NCBI GenBank assembly: GCA_031278605.1
Contig: JAITKB010000067.1
Coordinates: 4,887-68,886, forward strand
Direction of reading: 5' to 3'
Origin: Tannerellaceae bacterium
GTDB lineage: Bacteria > Bacteroidota > Bacteroidia > Bacteroidales > Tannerellaceae
DNA: 64,000 nt
Shown: in pieces, positions 39,229-49,396 of the stretch
Layout: the number at the start of each line of letters is the position of its first letter
Numbering within the stretch: the first letter of the stretch is position 1
Program-made: the position numbers and the translations under genes
The notes under the pieces: generated by a model
What the model was told of the DNA's origin: nothing
Database searches by the model: none
The model's input: only the letters and a program-made list of their open reading frames with translations

Positions 39229-40059
39229 TTACAGGGCGATCTGCCCTTCAAATACCCGGACGGCGTTGCCGGTCATAAAAATATGGTTTGTGGCGGCGTC
39301 CCAACCAAGGGTCAGGGTTCCTCCGTCCATGTGCACCTGTGCCTCGGAACGGGTTTTCCCCAAGGCGACGGCGGCGACCAGGGTTGCACAGGCGCCCGTG
39401 CCGCAGGCCCGGGTGATGCCGGAGCCTCGTTCCCAGACGCGCATTTGCATCTCGCCGGGGTTGATTACCTGTACAAATTCCACGTTGATACGTCCCGGGA
39501 AGGCGGCGTGGTTCTCCAGCCGGGGGCCTTCTCGGGGGAGGTCAACCTCCCGGAGGTCGTCCACGAAAACAACAAAGTGCGGATTGCCCACGTCCACGAC
39601 CGTGCCGGTGAGGCTTATTCCCGGCTCCACTTCCAGGCTCAGCGCCCGGTGTTTGAGGGTGGGGACGCCCATATCGACCGTAACCTCCTCGACGATTTGG
39701 CCACGAAGGGTCAGTTGCAGGGTTTTGATGCCCGATAAGGTTTCCAGGGTGAGTTGTGTTTTGTCCGTAAGCTTGTTTTCGTAGACATACTTGCCGATGC
39801 AACGGCTTGCATTCCCGCACATCCGGGCTTCCGAGCCGTCGGCGTTGAAGATACGCATACGGAAGTCGGCCAGGAGGGATTTCTCTATCAGCACCAGGCC
39901 GTCGGCGCCGATGCCGGTATGGGGTGCGCTCCAGGCCACCGACAATTCTCCGGGGTGTTCCAGGGGGAAATCCTCGGCGTATACGTAGATATAATCGTTG
40001 CCTGTCCCGTGCATTTTGGTAAAGGGTATCAGGCCTTGGGGGGGTGTTGTTGTGTTCAT
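39229..40059 (-). CDS. dapF: Diaminopimelate epimerase
   Basis: [49 protein letters not shown]. Start taken as ATG 40059. Confidence 0.96.
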   Translation of the reverse strand: MNTTTPPQGLIPFTKMHGTGNDYIYVYAEDFPLEHPGELSVAWSAPHTGIGADGLVLIEKSLLADFRMRIFNADGSEARMCGNASRCIGKYVYENKLTDKTQLTLETLSGIKTLQLTLRGQIVEEVTVDMGVPTLKHRALSLEVEPGISLTGTVVDVGNPHFVVFVDDLREVDLPREGPRLENHAAFPGRINVEFVQVINPGEMQMRVWERGSGITRACGTGACATLVAAVALGKTRSEAQVHMDGGTLTLGWDAATNHIFMTGNAVRVFEGQIAL

Positions 40060-40076
40060 AGGTTGAAAGGGATTGT

Positions 40077-41612
40077 TTACGGGTTTCCCCGGTGTTCGGG
40101 GCGGAGTAAATCCGTCACGGTTTTCACCGGGTTGAAGGTTTCCGACGGGACTTCCACGAAGACGGTGTTCCACCCGCTCATGGCTCCGTTCCAGAGTCCG
40201 GGCAGTTCCAGGGCTTTCAGTTTCCGTCCGTCTTTGCTTTTGATGGAGATAAAGCCGGTGTTTTTGTCGACGTAATCGGGCAGGTGGTATTTTTTTCCCC
40301 AGTGATCTTTCAGGGCGCAGACCAAATCGACGGGATTGAAGTAGGCGCCTTTTTCCAGGAGGGAACGCTGGTGGGGATCGGTTCGATCAATCTGCGAACT
40401 TTCCAGGATTTGCGGCGCAACCGTTCCGTCAGGTCCCGCCACGAGGAAGGGTCCTCCGCCGGGTTCGCCTTCGTTGCGCACCATGCCGCAAACGCGGAGC
40501 GGGCGGTGGAGTTTTTCTTTCAGGTAGAGGATCAGTTCGGCGTCTTCCAGGTGTTTGAGGTTGTCTTTGCGGATGCAGAGTTTGTTGTGCAGGAAGTGAA
40601 TCATGTCCTCGACCTGCCGGTGTGTGTATTTCCCGGCGTCGATGAGTCGGAGGTATCCGTGTATTTCTTTTTGCAGGGAGACGAGCAATCCGGCGAGGAT
40701 TTTCTTGTAGACCACCGTGGCGTATTTCAGGCTGTCGGGGGTTACGTTGTCGATGTTTTTGATAAAGACCACGTCGGCGTCCACTTCGTTGAGGTTTTCT
40801 ATCAGCGCCCCGTGTCCTCCCGGGCGGAAGATCGGGAAGCCGTCCTCATCCCTCAGCAAACGATTTTCCATATCCACGGCGACGGTATCCGTAGCGGGTT
40901 TTTGCCGGGAGAAGGCGATGTGGTAACGAACGGAAAACTTGTGTTCGTATCGCTCCCGGCGTTCGTTGAGGCAGGCGTGGAAGAGGGGTTCCTGTTCGGG
41001 CGAAACCGTGAAATGCAGGTGCACCTCCCCCGCCTCGTTTTTGGCATAGAGGGCTCCTTCGGCCAGGTGTTCCTCCAGGGCCGTACGAACGCCCTGCGGA
41101 TAGGCATGAAAGGGGATCAGGCCCTTGGGCAGATGCCCGAAATTCAGTCCGGGCGCCTCCAGAAGGCGCAGGGCGAGGGTTTTGTATTGTTTGTCCTTGA
41201 GCAGCTGCGCGGCGGGTTTCCGCTCCCTGTCCATACAGGCGGTGTTCAGCTGGGGATAAAAGGCAAACTGGGTCAGGTGATCGAAAAAAAACTGCTCCCA
41301 GGCGGTGGTCGGTTCCTTGTACTCGGCCTCAAGAAAGCGGTAGAGGTCCTGGAACATGCGGCTGGCGGCGCCCGAGGCGGGTACGAACTTGAGGATTTTC
41401 CGTCCCGTGGTGCGGTAGGCGTCCCAGGCTTCGATGAAGGAGAGTTGTTCGGCTTTGTCCAGGGTGAGGATCCCTTTGTCCGCCGTGGCCGAGGCGACAA
41501 TTTCGGGGAAGGGGAATCCCCCGGCAAAGCAGGCGAGTTGTTCTTCCACCTGTTTCTCCGTCATTCCCCTGGAGGCGATTCGTTCCCTGTCATTTCCGGT
41601 TAGCTTATCCAT
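40077..41612 (-). CDS. DUF4301 family protein (nucleotidyltransferase-like)
   Basis: [76 protein letters not shown]. Start taken as MDKLTG (41612); the ORF-track extension merely reads through array C. Confidence 0.9.
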   Translation of the reverse strand: MDKLTGNDRERIASRGMTEKQVEEQLACFAGGFPFPEIVASATADKGILTLDKAEQLSFIEAWDAYRTTGRKILKFVPASGAASRMFQDLYRFLEAEYKEPTTAWEQFFFDHLTQFAFYPQLNTACMDRERKPAAQLLKDKQYKTLALRLLEAPGLNFGHLPKGLIPFHAYPQGVRTALEEHLAEGALYAKNEAGEVHLHFTVSPEQEPLFHACLNERRERYEHKFSVRYHIAFSRQKPATDTVAVDMENRLLRDEDGFPIFRPGGHGALIENLNEVDADVVFIKNIDNVTPDSLKYATVVYKKILAGLLVSLQKEIHGYLRLIDAGKYTHRQVEDMIHFLHNKLCIRKDNLKHLEDAELILYLKEKLHRPLRVCGMVRNEGEPGGGPFLVAGPDGTVAPQILESSQIDRTDPHQRSLLEKGAYFNPVDLVCALKDHWGKKYHLPDYVDKNTGFISIKSKDGRKLKALELPGLWNGAMSGWNTVFVEVPSETFNPVKTVTDLLRPEHRGNP

Positions 41613-41676
41613 ATCTATATTATTGTGTTTAAAATTTTCTTCGGATAGAGGTCTTGTATCCCTGTTGCCCTCGAGG

Positions 41677-41684
41677 CAAAAGTA
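41677..41684 (-). promoter_or_regulatory. -7 element TACTTTTG for the DUF4301-dapF-dapL operon
   Basis: caaaagta on the plus strand, between the 41612 start codon and array C. Confidence 0.7.
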
Positions 41685-41732
41685 TAAAAAAATTCCGGTT
41701 CTGCCAATCCTTGCAAGACCCGTCATTGTTTC

Positions 41733-42194
41733 GATTTCACGCGAGGCAGGCGTTTGGGAAAAAGGCAGGATACCCGCATCGTGCGAGGCGGAGCGTTCGT
41801 AAAAATTCGGTATACCCGCCTCGTGCGAGGCTTGCACTCCGATTTTTTGCGAACTGCGCCGATCGCAGGATGGGAATGATTCGCAAAAATTCCGGCTGTC
41901 CCCCTCGCGCGATGCAAACAGTCCGCAAAAATTCCGACTGCCTGCATCGCGCGATGCGGATATACCGGATTTTTGCGAACCATCCGCATCGCGCGAGGGA
42001 GATGGTTCTTTAAAATCCGGTATATCCGTATCGCGCGAGGGGGATTGCCCGAAAAAATCCGGAGCCTCCAAGTCGCGCGATGCAAATAGCCGGAATTTTT
42101 GCGGAGTCTCCGTATCGCACGAGGCGGACTAAGGAATTTTTTGCGAATCATCGTTGTCGCGCGAGGGGGGTTGTCCGAAAAAAAAAGAAGGATT
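41733..42194. repeat. Array C: 11 units with an exact 42 bp period, palindromic core TCGCGCGA alternating with an A/T-tract palindrome, variable arms
   Basis: Cores start at 41737, 41779, 41821, 41863, 41905, 41947, 41989, 42031, 42073, 42115 and 42157; every interval is 42 bp. Confidence 0.95.
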
Positions 42195-42230
42195 GCCATC
42201 CTTCGCAGCAGGATATACGGAAAAAGTTGT

Positions 42231-42238
42231 TATCTTTG
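42231..42238 (+). promoter_or_regulatory. -7 element TATCTTTG for DUF6261 copy 2
   Basis: TAnnTTTG between array C and the ATG at 42276. Confidence 0.7.
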
Positions 42239-42275
42239 TGTCCTTAGGTGAAACAATATACCATACAATAGGCAA

Positions 42276-43061
42276 ATGAAGATGATCCGGTTTCTTATGC
42301 GTCGGCTGCGCAACGAAGAGTGGCTGCGGTTTCATACCGAGTTTTACGAGCAGGTGGAGGAGTTCGGGGTGGAGATGCTGGGGTTTAAACACCTCTTTAC
42401 CCCTTATACGGCGCTCTACCGGGAGGCGTGGACGCTGCTGGAGATCCTCCGCAAAAGTTTCATAACCACCGACAGCGCCCGGGCCGACGCACGCCGCAAA
42501 GACGTGTTCCTGGGGCTGCGCAATACGGCCAAATACCTGAGAATGTCCCTGTCGAACGAAAAACAACAGGCCGCCGTCAAAGTATACGCCATGGTGGAAA
42601 AATACGACAAGGTGATACGCAAGGGCAGTCTCTCGGCCAAAACCGCGGCGGTGGATAACCTGCTCCAGAATCTGACGCCCGGCAATCCCTCCCCCAACCT
42701 CTCGCAAGAGGTGGAGGCCCTGCATATGAAGGAATGGGTGGCGGATCTGACGTTTGTCAACGAAGCCTACAAACAATCCCTGACCGAGCGGGCCGAGGAA
42801 CTGGCCGAACGTCCCGGAGCCGGACGCCTGCGGCAGGTACGCGCCGCCATGGACCACCATTACCTGGGCATGATGAATATCGTGGATACCCATCTGCTGA
42901 TCATGAAACAACAGCCGGAAGGAGAGGAGGAAATCCTGATGCAGTTCGCCAGGAAGCTGAACTCCTGCATCGCACGCTACAAATCCCTGCTCAAAGGAAG
43001 ACATACGCGCAATCAAAACAAACCCCCGGAAGAAGAAGAAGAAGCCTTCGGGGAATTATAA
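42276..43061 (+). CDS. DUF6261 family (HagB-like) helical protein, copy 2
   Basis: RLRNEEW..F, ADARRK, VEKY, NLLQNL, EWVADL..VNEAY, LRQVRAAMD..Y, acidic C-terminal tail. Confidence 0.82.
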   Translation: MKMIRFLMRRLRNEEWLRFHTEFYEQVEEFGVEMLGFKHLFTPYTALYREAWTLLEILRKSFITTDSARADARRKDVFLGLRNTAKYLRMSLSNEKQQAAVKVYAMVEKYDKVIRKGSLSAKTAAVDNLLQNLTPGNPSPNLSQEVEALHMKEWVADLTFVNEAYKQSLTERAEELAERPGAGRLRQVRAAMDHHYLGMMNIVDTHLLIMKQQPEGEEEILMQFARKLNSCIARYKSLLKGRHTRNQNKPPEEEEEAFGEL

Positions 43062-43122
43062 AGACCCCTTGCGTTTCGAGGCAAATCCTGTACATTTGTC
43101 GTTAACTAATATACCAACCCAT

Positions 43123-45162
43123 ATGACGAAAATGAATGATTCCTACACAATGACCCGCGCAGCCGACAATATCCGCATCCTCGCCGCTGCCATGGTGGAA
43201 AAAGCAAACTCCGGACATCCGGGAGGAGCCATGGGGGGAGCCGATTTTATCCATGTCCTGTTCTCCGAGTTCCTCCTCTACGACCCGCAGAATCCCTTCT
43301 GGGAAGGCCGGGACCGGTTCTTCCTCGATCCCGGACATATGTCGCCCATGCTTTACGCCGTCCTCGCCCTCACGGGCAAATACACCCCGGAGGAACTGGC
43401 CGCCTTCCGGCAATGGCAAAGCCCTACACCCGGACATCCCGAACGAGACCTCGCACGGGGAGTGGAAAACACCTCCGGCCCCCTGGGACAGGGACACACC
43501 TACGCCGTGGGAGCCGCCATCGCCGCAAAATTCCTCCAAGCCCGGCTGGGTGACCTCATGCAACAGACCATCTACGCCTATGTCTCCGACGGAGGCGTGC
43601 AGGAGGAAATCTCCCAGGGAGCCGGACGAATCGCCGGGACGCTGGGCCTGGACAACCTGATCCTGTTCTACGACGCCAACAACATCCAACTCTCCACCAA
43701 AGTGGAAGAAGTAAGTTGCGAAAACGTCGCTGCCAAATACGAAGCCTGGGGCTGGCACGTGATCGTCATCAACGGAAACAATACGGAAGAAATACGCGCA
43801 GCCCTGCGCCGGGCAAAAGCCGAGGAAAATCGCCCAAGCCTTATCATCGGCCATACCATCATGGGAAAAGGCGCCGTGGCGGAAGACCGGACCTCCTTCG
43901 AGAACAAAGTCTCCACACACGGACAACCCCTGTCGGCGGCCGGGGCTTCGTTTGCCCAAACCGTCCGATTCCTGGGAGGAGACCCCAACGACCCCTTCCG
44001 CATCTTCCCCGACGTAGCCGAACTCTACGCCCGACGAAAAGCCGAACTCACGGCAATCACGGCAAACCTTCACGCCGAAGAAAAAGCCTGGGCCGAGGCG
44101 CATCCCCTTTTGGCAGCCAAAATGAAAGAATGGTTCTCCGGCCTCGCCCCCCGGGTGGACTGGGAGGCTATCGTCCAGAAACCCGGGCAGTCCACCCGCG
44201 CGGCCTCGGCCACCGTGCTGAGCCTTCTCGCCACCCGGGTGGAAAATATGATCTGCGCCTCGGCCGATTTGTCCAACTCGGATAAAACGGATGGATTCCT
44301 CCAAAAAACCCGGGCCTTGAGGAAAGGCGATTTCGGCGGGGCATTCCTCCAGGCCGGAGTAAGCGAACTCACCATGGCTTGCCTCTGCATGGGTATGGCG
44401 CTTCACGGCGGAGTGATCCCCGCATGTGGCACCTTCTTCGTCTTCTCGGATTATATGAAACCCGCCATCCGCATGGCCGCCCTGATGGAACTTCCCGTGA
44501 AGTTTATCTGGTCGCACGACGCCTTCCGCGTAGGAGAAGACGGACCTACGCACGAACCGGTGGAACAGGAAGCACAAATACGCCTGATGGAAAAAATCAA
44601 AAACCACAAAGGCCGAAACGCCATGCTGGTAATCCGCCCGGCAGACGTGGAAGAAACAACCGTAGCCTGGAAAATGGCCATGGAAAATACCCAAACACCC
44701 ACCGGACTGATCCTCTCGCGCCAAAACATAACAGACCTCCCGGCCGAAGGGAAACGCTACACCCAGGCCCTGGGGGCCGAACGCGGAGCATACGTTGTGG
44801 AAGCCGACGAAAACCCCGTCGTCACCCTGCTCGCCTCAGGCTCCGAAGTGGCAACGCTCGTGGAAGGCGCCGCTCTGCTACGCGCCGAGGGCGTGAAGCT
44901 GCGCATCGTATCGGCTCCGTCGGAAGGATTGTTTGCCGCCCAAAGCGCCCAATACCGTCGGGAGGTGCTCCCCCCGGGCGGCAAGGTGTTTGGACTCACG
45001 GCCGGATTGCCCGTCACGCTCCAGGGACTGGCAGGAGCAAACAGCCGGATATGGGGGATGGAATCCTTCGGCTTCTCGGCTCCGTATAAAGTGCTGGACG
45101 AGAAACTCGGCTTCACCGGAAAGCACGTTTACCGCCTGGTAAAAGAATTTATAAACCCCTAA
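43123..45162 (+). CDS. tkt: Transketolase
   Basis: KANSGHPG, RDRFFLDPGH, TPGHPE, SGPLGQG, GEDGPTHEPVEQ. Start taken as ATG 43123. Own promoter TACATTTG at 43091-43098. Confidence 0.96.
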   Translation: MTKMNDSYTMTRAADNIRILAAAMVEKANSGHPGGAMGGADFIHVLFSEFLLYDPQNPFWEGRDRFFLDPGHMSPMLYAVLALTGKYTPEELAAFRQWQSPTPGHPERDLARGVENTSGPLGQGHTYAVGAAIAAKFLQARLGDLMQQTIYAYVSDGGVQEEISQGAGRIAGTLGLDNLILFYDANNIQLSTKVEEVSCENVAAKYEAWGWHVIVINGNNTEEIRAALRRAKAEENRPSLIIGHTIMGKGAVAEDRTSFENKVSTHGQPLSAAGASFAQTVRFLGGDPNDPFRIFPDVAELYARRKAELTAITANLHAEEKAWAEAHPLLAAKMKEWFSGLAPRVDWEAIVQKPGQSTRAASATVLSLLATRVENMICASADLSNSDKTDGFLQKTRALRKGDFGGAFLQAGVSELTMACLCMGMALHGGVIPACGTFFVFSDYMKPAIRMAALMELPVKFIWSHDAFRVGEDGPTHEPVEQEAQIRLMEKIKNHKGRNAMLVIRPADVEETTVAWKMAMENTQTPTGLILSRQNITDLPAEGKRYTQALGAERGAYVVEADENPVVTLLASGSEVATLVEGAALLRAEGVKLRIVSAPSEGLFAAQSAQYRREVLPPGGKVFGLTAGLPVTLQGLAGANSRIWGMESFGFSAPYKVLDEKLGFTGKHVYRLVKEFINP

Positions 45163-45180
45163 GGACAAATAAAAACTTCC

Positions 45181-46041
45181 ATGGAAAATCAAAATACACC
45201 CCCCCGGGTAGCCGCCATACACGATTTGTCGGGCTTCGGCAAATGCTCCCTCACCGTGGCTCTGCCCATTCTCTCGGCTGCAGGCATCGAAACCAGCGCT
45301 TTGCCTACGGCTATCCTCTCCACCCATACCGGCGGGATCGAAGGGTATACCTACCTGGATACAACGAGCGAAATGCAGCCGTTTATGCGCCACTGGCAAT
45401 CGCTCGACATCCGCTTCGACGCCATTTACAGCGGCTTCCTGGGTTCTTTCGAACAGTTGGAAATCGTAAAAGAATTCTTTGAGCTCTTCAGGCAAAAGGA
45501 CAACCTGATCCTGGTAGACCCGGTAATGGCCGACAACGGGGAACTGTATAAAATCTTCACCCCCGAATTTGCCCGAGGCATGAACAAGGTGTGCGAAAAA
45601 GCAGACGTTATCGTGCCCAATATCACCGAAGCCGCCCTGCTGCTGGGAGAAACCTACCGCCCCGGACCCTACTCGGAAACCTATATCGACGATCTGCTCA
45701 AAGCCCTGAGCGAACTGGGCCCTAAGCAAATCGTACTCACCGGCGTTTACTTCACCGACACGGAACTCGGCGCCGCCAGCTACGACCGCACAAGCGGACA
45801 AACAACCTGTACGCTCGCCCCGCGCGTCCCCGGATATTATCACGGAACAGGCGACGTATTTGCCAGCACCCTGCTGGCCGGCCTGATGAACGGCTTCGAA
45901 CTGGGACATTCGGCCGGAATTGCCGTTCGGTATACCGCCGCCGGCATCCGGCGCACCTGCGAGGCCGGCAGCGACGTCCGCTTCGGCGTGAACTTCGAGC
46001 AGGGCATCCCCGATTTATTGAAAGAGCTTCATTTATATTAA
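45181..46041 (+). CDS. pdxK: Pyridoxamine/pyridoxal kinase
   Basis: HDLSGFGKCSL, LSTHTGG, YSGFLGS, VDPVMADNG, PNITEA, GTGDVFAS. Confidence 0.9.
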   Translation: MENQNTPPRVAAIHDLSGFGKCSLTVALPILSAAGIETSALPTAILSTHTGGIEGYTYLDTTSEMQPFMRHWQSLDIRFDAIYSGFLGSFEQLEIVKEFFELFRQKDNLILVDPVMADNGELYKIFTPEFARGMNKVCEKADVIVPNITEAALLLGETYRPGPYSETYIDDLLKALSELGPKQIVLTGVYFTDTELGAASYDRTSGQTTCTLAPRVPGYYHGTGDVFASTLLAGLMNGFELGHSAGIAVRYTAAGIRRTCEAGSDVRFGVNFEQGIPDLLKELHLY

Positions 46042-46077
46042 CCCGCCTTCGGGCACAAATAAAAACATTACAACATT

Positions 46078-46716
46078 ATGAGACGTTTATCTTTTCTATT
46101 GAGCCTCTTCCTGTGCATCGGTATTGCGAATGCCCAGGAATTGAAAGTGATTAAACTGGACGCCCCGGACAAAACCGGGGGATCGCCCCTGATGAAAGCG
46201 CTCAGCGAGCGCAAGTCCGAGCGTAACTTCGCAGCGGACAAGTTGAAACCCAAAGACCTCTCCACCCTGCTGTGGGCGGCTAACGGCGTGAATCGTTCCG
46301 ACGGGAAACGCACAGCCCCATCGGCCATGAACGCACAGGATGTAGACGTATACGTGATCCTGCCCGAAGGCGCTTTCCTGTATGACGCCAAAGCACATGC
46401 CCTGAATCCCGTAGCGGCAGGCGATTACCGGGCAGCCGTAGCCGGAGGACAGGAGTTTGTCAAAACAGCCCCCGTTAGCCTCGTTTTGGTATCCGACCTG
46501 ACCAAGCTAAGCAAAACACCCGACGAAAACACCCGGCTGATGGCCGCCGTGGACGCAGGCATCGTATCGCAGAATATCAACATCGCCTGCGCCAGCCTGG
46601 GATTGGCCACCGTGCCGCGGGCGTCCATGGATAAGGAAGCGCTGAAGAAAGCCCTGAAACTGACGGACGCCCACCTGATACTGATGAACAGCCCGGTAGG
46701 CTATCCGAAGAAATAA
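46078..46716 (+). CDS. Nitroreductase / SagB-ThcOx family protein with signal peptide
   Basis: RKSERNF, LLWAANG, RTAPSA, DAGIVSQN. Confidence 0.88.
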   Translation: MRRLSFLLSLFLCIGIANAQELKVIKLDAPDKTGGSPLMKALSERKSERNFAADKLKPKDLSTLLWAANGVNRSDGKRTAPSAMNAQDVDVYVILPEGAFLYDAKAHALNPVAAGDYRAAVAGGQEFVKTAPVSLVLVSDLTKLSKTPDENTRLMAAVDAGIVSQNINIACASLGLATVPRASMDKEALKKALKLTDAHLILMNSPVGYPKK

Positions 46717-46719
46717 ACC

Positions 46720-47907
46720 GTGCGGACGTTTCTTCAGTCGGTTTTTGTGCAACTGCTGCTCAACCCCTATGTGTTCCTTAGGGGGTGGCAGGCTATCCCA
46801 CCGAAAAAGGTCTGGCGGATTCCGTTTATCGTATGCTTTGCCGTGGAGCTGTGCGCTTTCTTTGTCGGGTTCTTCTTCCATGGGGAATTGCCCGACAAGG
46901 TGATGCGCATCATCCGGTATTACTGCGAGACGTGGTATATCGGATTGCTGTATGTTACGATGGCTTTGCTGGCGATCGGGGCGATCCGCCGGACTTACCG
47001 CCGGATGCATGGGAGGTATCCCCGATGGGTCATGAAATATGGGGCGCAAACAAAGTTGGCGCTCTTTTTCTTTGTGATTGCCGGGGTATCGGCCCTGCTT
47101 TGGAAGGCGTACAATACGGTGATGCACCCCCTTGTCCGCCACGTGTATGTGACGCTCCCGAAAACTATGGACGGAGGCGTCGACAGCCTGAGGGTGGTTA
47201 TGATGAGCGATCTGCATATCGGGGACTTCATCGGAAAAGAGATGGTGCAGCGATACGTTTCCCTCAGCAACGCGCAGCATCCCGACCTGGTTGTCCTGGT
47301 GGGCGATTGGCTGGATTACGAATCCCGGACGGCCGAGAGGGAGCATATCGAAGAAGATTTACAGCAACTCCGCGCACCGAAGGGGGTATACGCCGTGAAT
47401 GGGAACCACGAATACCGGGCAAACCGTCACGCCAAACGGAAATGGATAGGAAAAACCGGCGCCACCCTGCTGGTTGATTCCGTGGTATGCCTGCCCGGAG
47501 CCTTCTACCTTGTCGGGCGCGACGATTTCATCAACAGGAAACGCCAACCCTTACATTCCCTGCTGAAACCTTTGCGCGGGGATCTCCCCGTTGTGGTTCT
47601 CGACCACCAGCCCTACTCCCTGGCGGAGACGGCGATGAACCAAGCCGACCTCTGCCTGTGCGGTCATACGCACAACGGGCAGTTGTGGCCTTATTCCTTA
47701 TTGATGAAATGGATTTACGAATGTCCCTACGGGTATTACCGGAAGGGGAATACGCAGTTTTACGTTTCCTCCGGCATTGGGGTGGCCGGGGCGCCTTTCC
47801 GCGTTGGTACGGTGAGCGAGTTGGTGGTTCTGCATATTTTGTTTGCCGGAAAAAGTTTCCCGGTTGCAGCCCACAACCGGGAAACACGCTTTGGTCGTTT
47901 AAGCTAA
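46720..47907 (+). CDS. Membrane-anchored metallophosphoesterase (YkuE-like)
   Basis: N-terminal TM segments, SDLH, GD, GNHE, HQP, GHTHNGQ. Confidence 0.9.
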   Translation: MRTFLQSVFVQLLLNPYVFLRGWQAIPPKKVWRIPFIVCFAVELCAFFVGFFFHGELPDKVMRIIRYYCETWYIGLLYVTMALLAIGAIRRTYRRMHGRYPRWVMKYGAQTKLALFFFVIAGVSALLWKAYNTVMHPLVRHVYVTLPKTMDGGVDSLRVVMMSDLHIGDFIGKEMVQRYVSLSNAQHPDLVVLVGDWLDYESRTAEREHIEEDLQQLRAPKGVYAVNGNHEYRANRHAKRKWIGKTGATLLVDSVVCLPGAFYLVGRDDFINRKRQPLHSLLKPLRGDLPVVVLDHQPYSLAETAMNQADLCLCGHTHNGQLWPYSLLMKWIYECPYGYYRKGNTQFYVSSGIGVAGAPFRVGTVSELVVLHILFAGKSFPVAAHNRETRFGRLS

Positions 47908-48073
47908 GGGTGCTTTGCGATGCCTTGCGTATGCTTTGATCCGGGAGGATGCTGCGGAAGAAACAATCGACGCCTGTCTCTACAAATTAAGCGCATATCC
48001 CGGTATTTTCCAAGTATTATCCCCTGTATAACGTATATTTGTGAGTACAAGAAACACTTCATAACATTTTCAA

Positions 48074-49387
48074 ATGAATTGGAACCAACTACTTTCGGGC
48101 AAACGCCTGGGCATGGAGGAGTATGCCGAACGCAGGCACGAACGCTCGGAATTTCAGCGGGATTACGACCGACTGATTTTCTCCTCTCCTTTCCGCCGGT
48201 TACAGAACAAGACTCAGGTATTTCCTCTTCCCGGCAGCATATTTGTACACAATCGGCTGACGCATAGCCTGGAGGTTTCCTGCGTGGGGCGTTCCCTGGG
48301 GCATAACGTGGCCAAGGAACTGATGCGGAAATACCCCGATCCCCACATCCATTTTCCCGAAATGGGTTCGATTGTTTCGGCTGCTTGCCTGGCGCACGAC
48401 ATGGGGAATCCTCCGTTCGGACATTCGGGTGAGCGGGCTATCTCGGCGTATTTCTCGGAGGGGAACGGGAAAAGCCTCCGGGAGAAGGTGTGTGAAGAGG
48501 GCCAACGATGGGAAGACTTCATGCACTTTGAGGGAAATGCCAACACCATGCGTCTGCTCACGCACCGGTTTGTGGGGCGGCGCAAAGGGGGACTGGCGCT
48601 CACCTACTCCACCTTGGCTTCCGTTGTGAAATATCCTTACGGGTCGATTTTTTCCCCCAACGGGAAGTTCGGATTTTTCCAGACCGAAGAAGCCACCTAC
48701 CGGCAAATAGCCGAGGAGTTGGGAATAAAACCTGTTTTCGGAGGGTTTGCCCGTCATCCGCTGGTCTACCTGGTGGAGGCTGCCGACGATATTTGCTACC
48801 AGATTATGGACATCGAAGACGCCTGCAAGCTGCGCATACTAACCGTGGGGGAGACGCAGGAACTTTTGTTGAACTTCTTCCGGGGCGCACGCCGGGAACG
48901 CACCCTGAGTATCATGGAAAAGGTCGACGATACCAACGAGCAGATCGCCTATTTGCGGTCGGGCGTTATCGGGATCCTGGTGGAGGAATGTTCGCGGGTA
49001 TTCCTGGAGCAGGAGGGGCGTATTCTGGAGGGGGAATTTGAAGGACCGCTTATGCACGGCATCGACGCCCCGTTGCATGCGGCCTACATGGATTGTTCGA
49101 ATATGGCCTGCCGCAAGATTTACTGTGCCAGGGAGGTGCTCGACGTCGAATTGGCCGGGTACCGCATTTTCAGTCGGCTCATCGACATTCTTACCGAGGC
49201 GGTAATGACGCCCGGACATGCTTATAGCCGTTTGCTCCTTCAGCGCATCCCGGAGCAGTACGACACCCGTGCGCCGGGAGCATACGGGAAGATACAGTGT
49301 GTATTGGATTACATTTCAGGGATGACGGATGTGTATGCCCTGGATCTCTACCGCAAGATTACGGGGATGAGTCTTCCGGGGGTGTGA
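48074..49387 (+). CDS. dgt: Deoxyguanosinetriphosphate triphosphohydrolase (dGTPase)
   Basis: FQRDYDR, FRRLQNKTQVF, HNRLTHSLEV, HDMGNPPFGHSGE, EAADDICY, DYISGMTD. Confidence 0.95.
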   Translation: MNWNQLLSGKRLGMEEYAERRHERSEFQRDYDRLIFSSPFRRLQNKTQVFPLPGSIFVHNRLTHSLEVSCVGRSLGHNVAKELMRKYPDPHIHFPEMGSIVSAACLAHDMGNPPFGHSGERAISAYFSEGNGKSLREKVCEEGQRWEDFMHFEGNANTMRLLTHRFVGRRKGGLALTYSTLASVVKYPYGSIFSPNGKFGFFQTEEATYRQIAEELGIKPVFGGFARHPLVYLVEAADDICYQIMDIEDACKLRILTVGETQELLLNFFRGARRERTLSIMEKVDDTNEQIAYLRSGVIGILVEECSRVFLEQEGRILEGEFEGPLMHGIDAPLHAAYMDCSNMACRKIYCAREVLDVELAGYRIFSRLIDILTEAVMTPGHAYSRLLLQRIPEQYDTRAPGAYGKIQCVLDYISGMTDVYALDLYRKITGMSLPGV

Positions 49388-49396
49388 GGCACGGGG

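Noticed and set aside
41613-42071. 153-aa repetitive N-terminal extension on DUF4301
   Set aside because: It is read-through of the 42 bp array. A promoter motif at 41677-41684 lies inside it, and the recognisable protein starts at MDKLTG.
48074-49387. dGTPase as an anti-phage defence gene
   Set aside because: It looks like the ordinary Bacteroidales housekeeping dgt in a core-gene context, with no defence-island neighbours.
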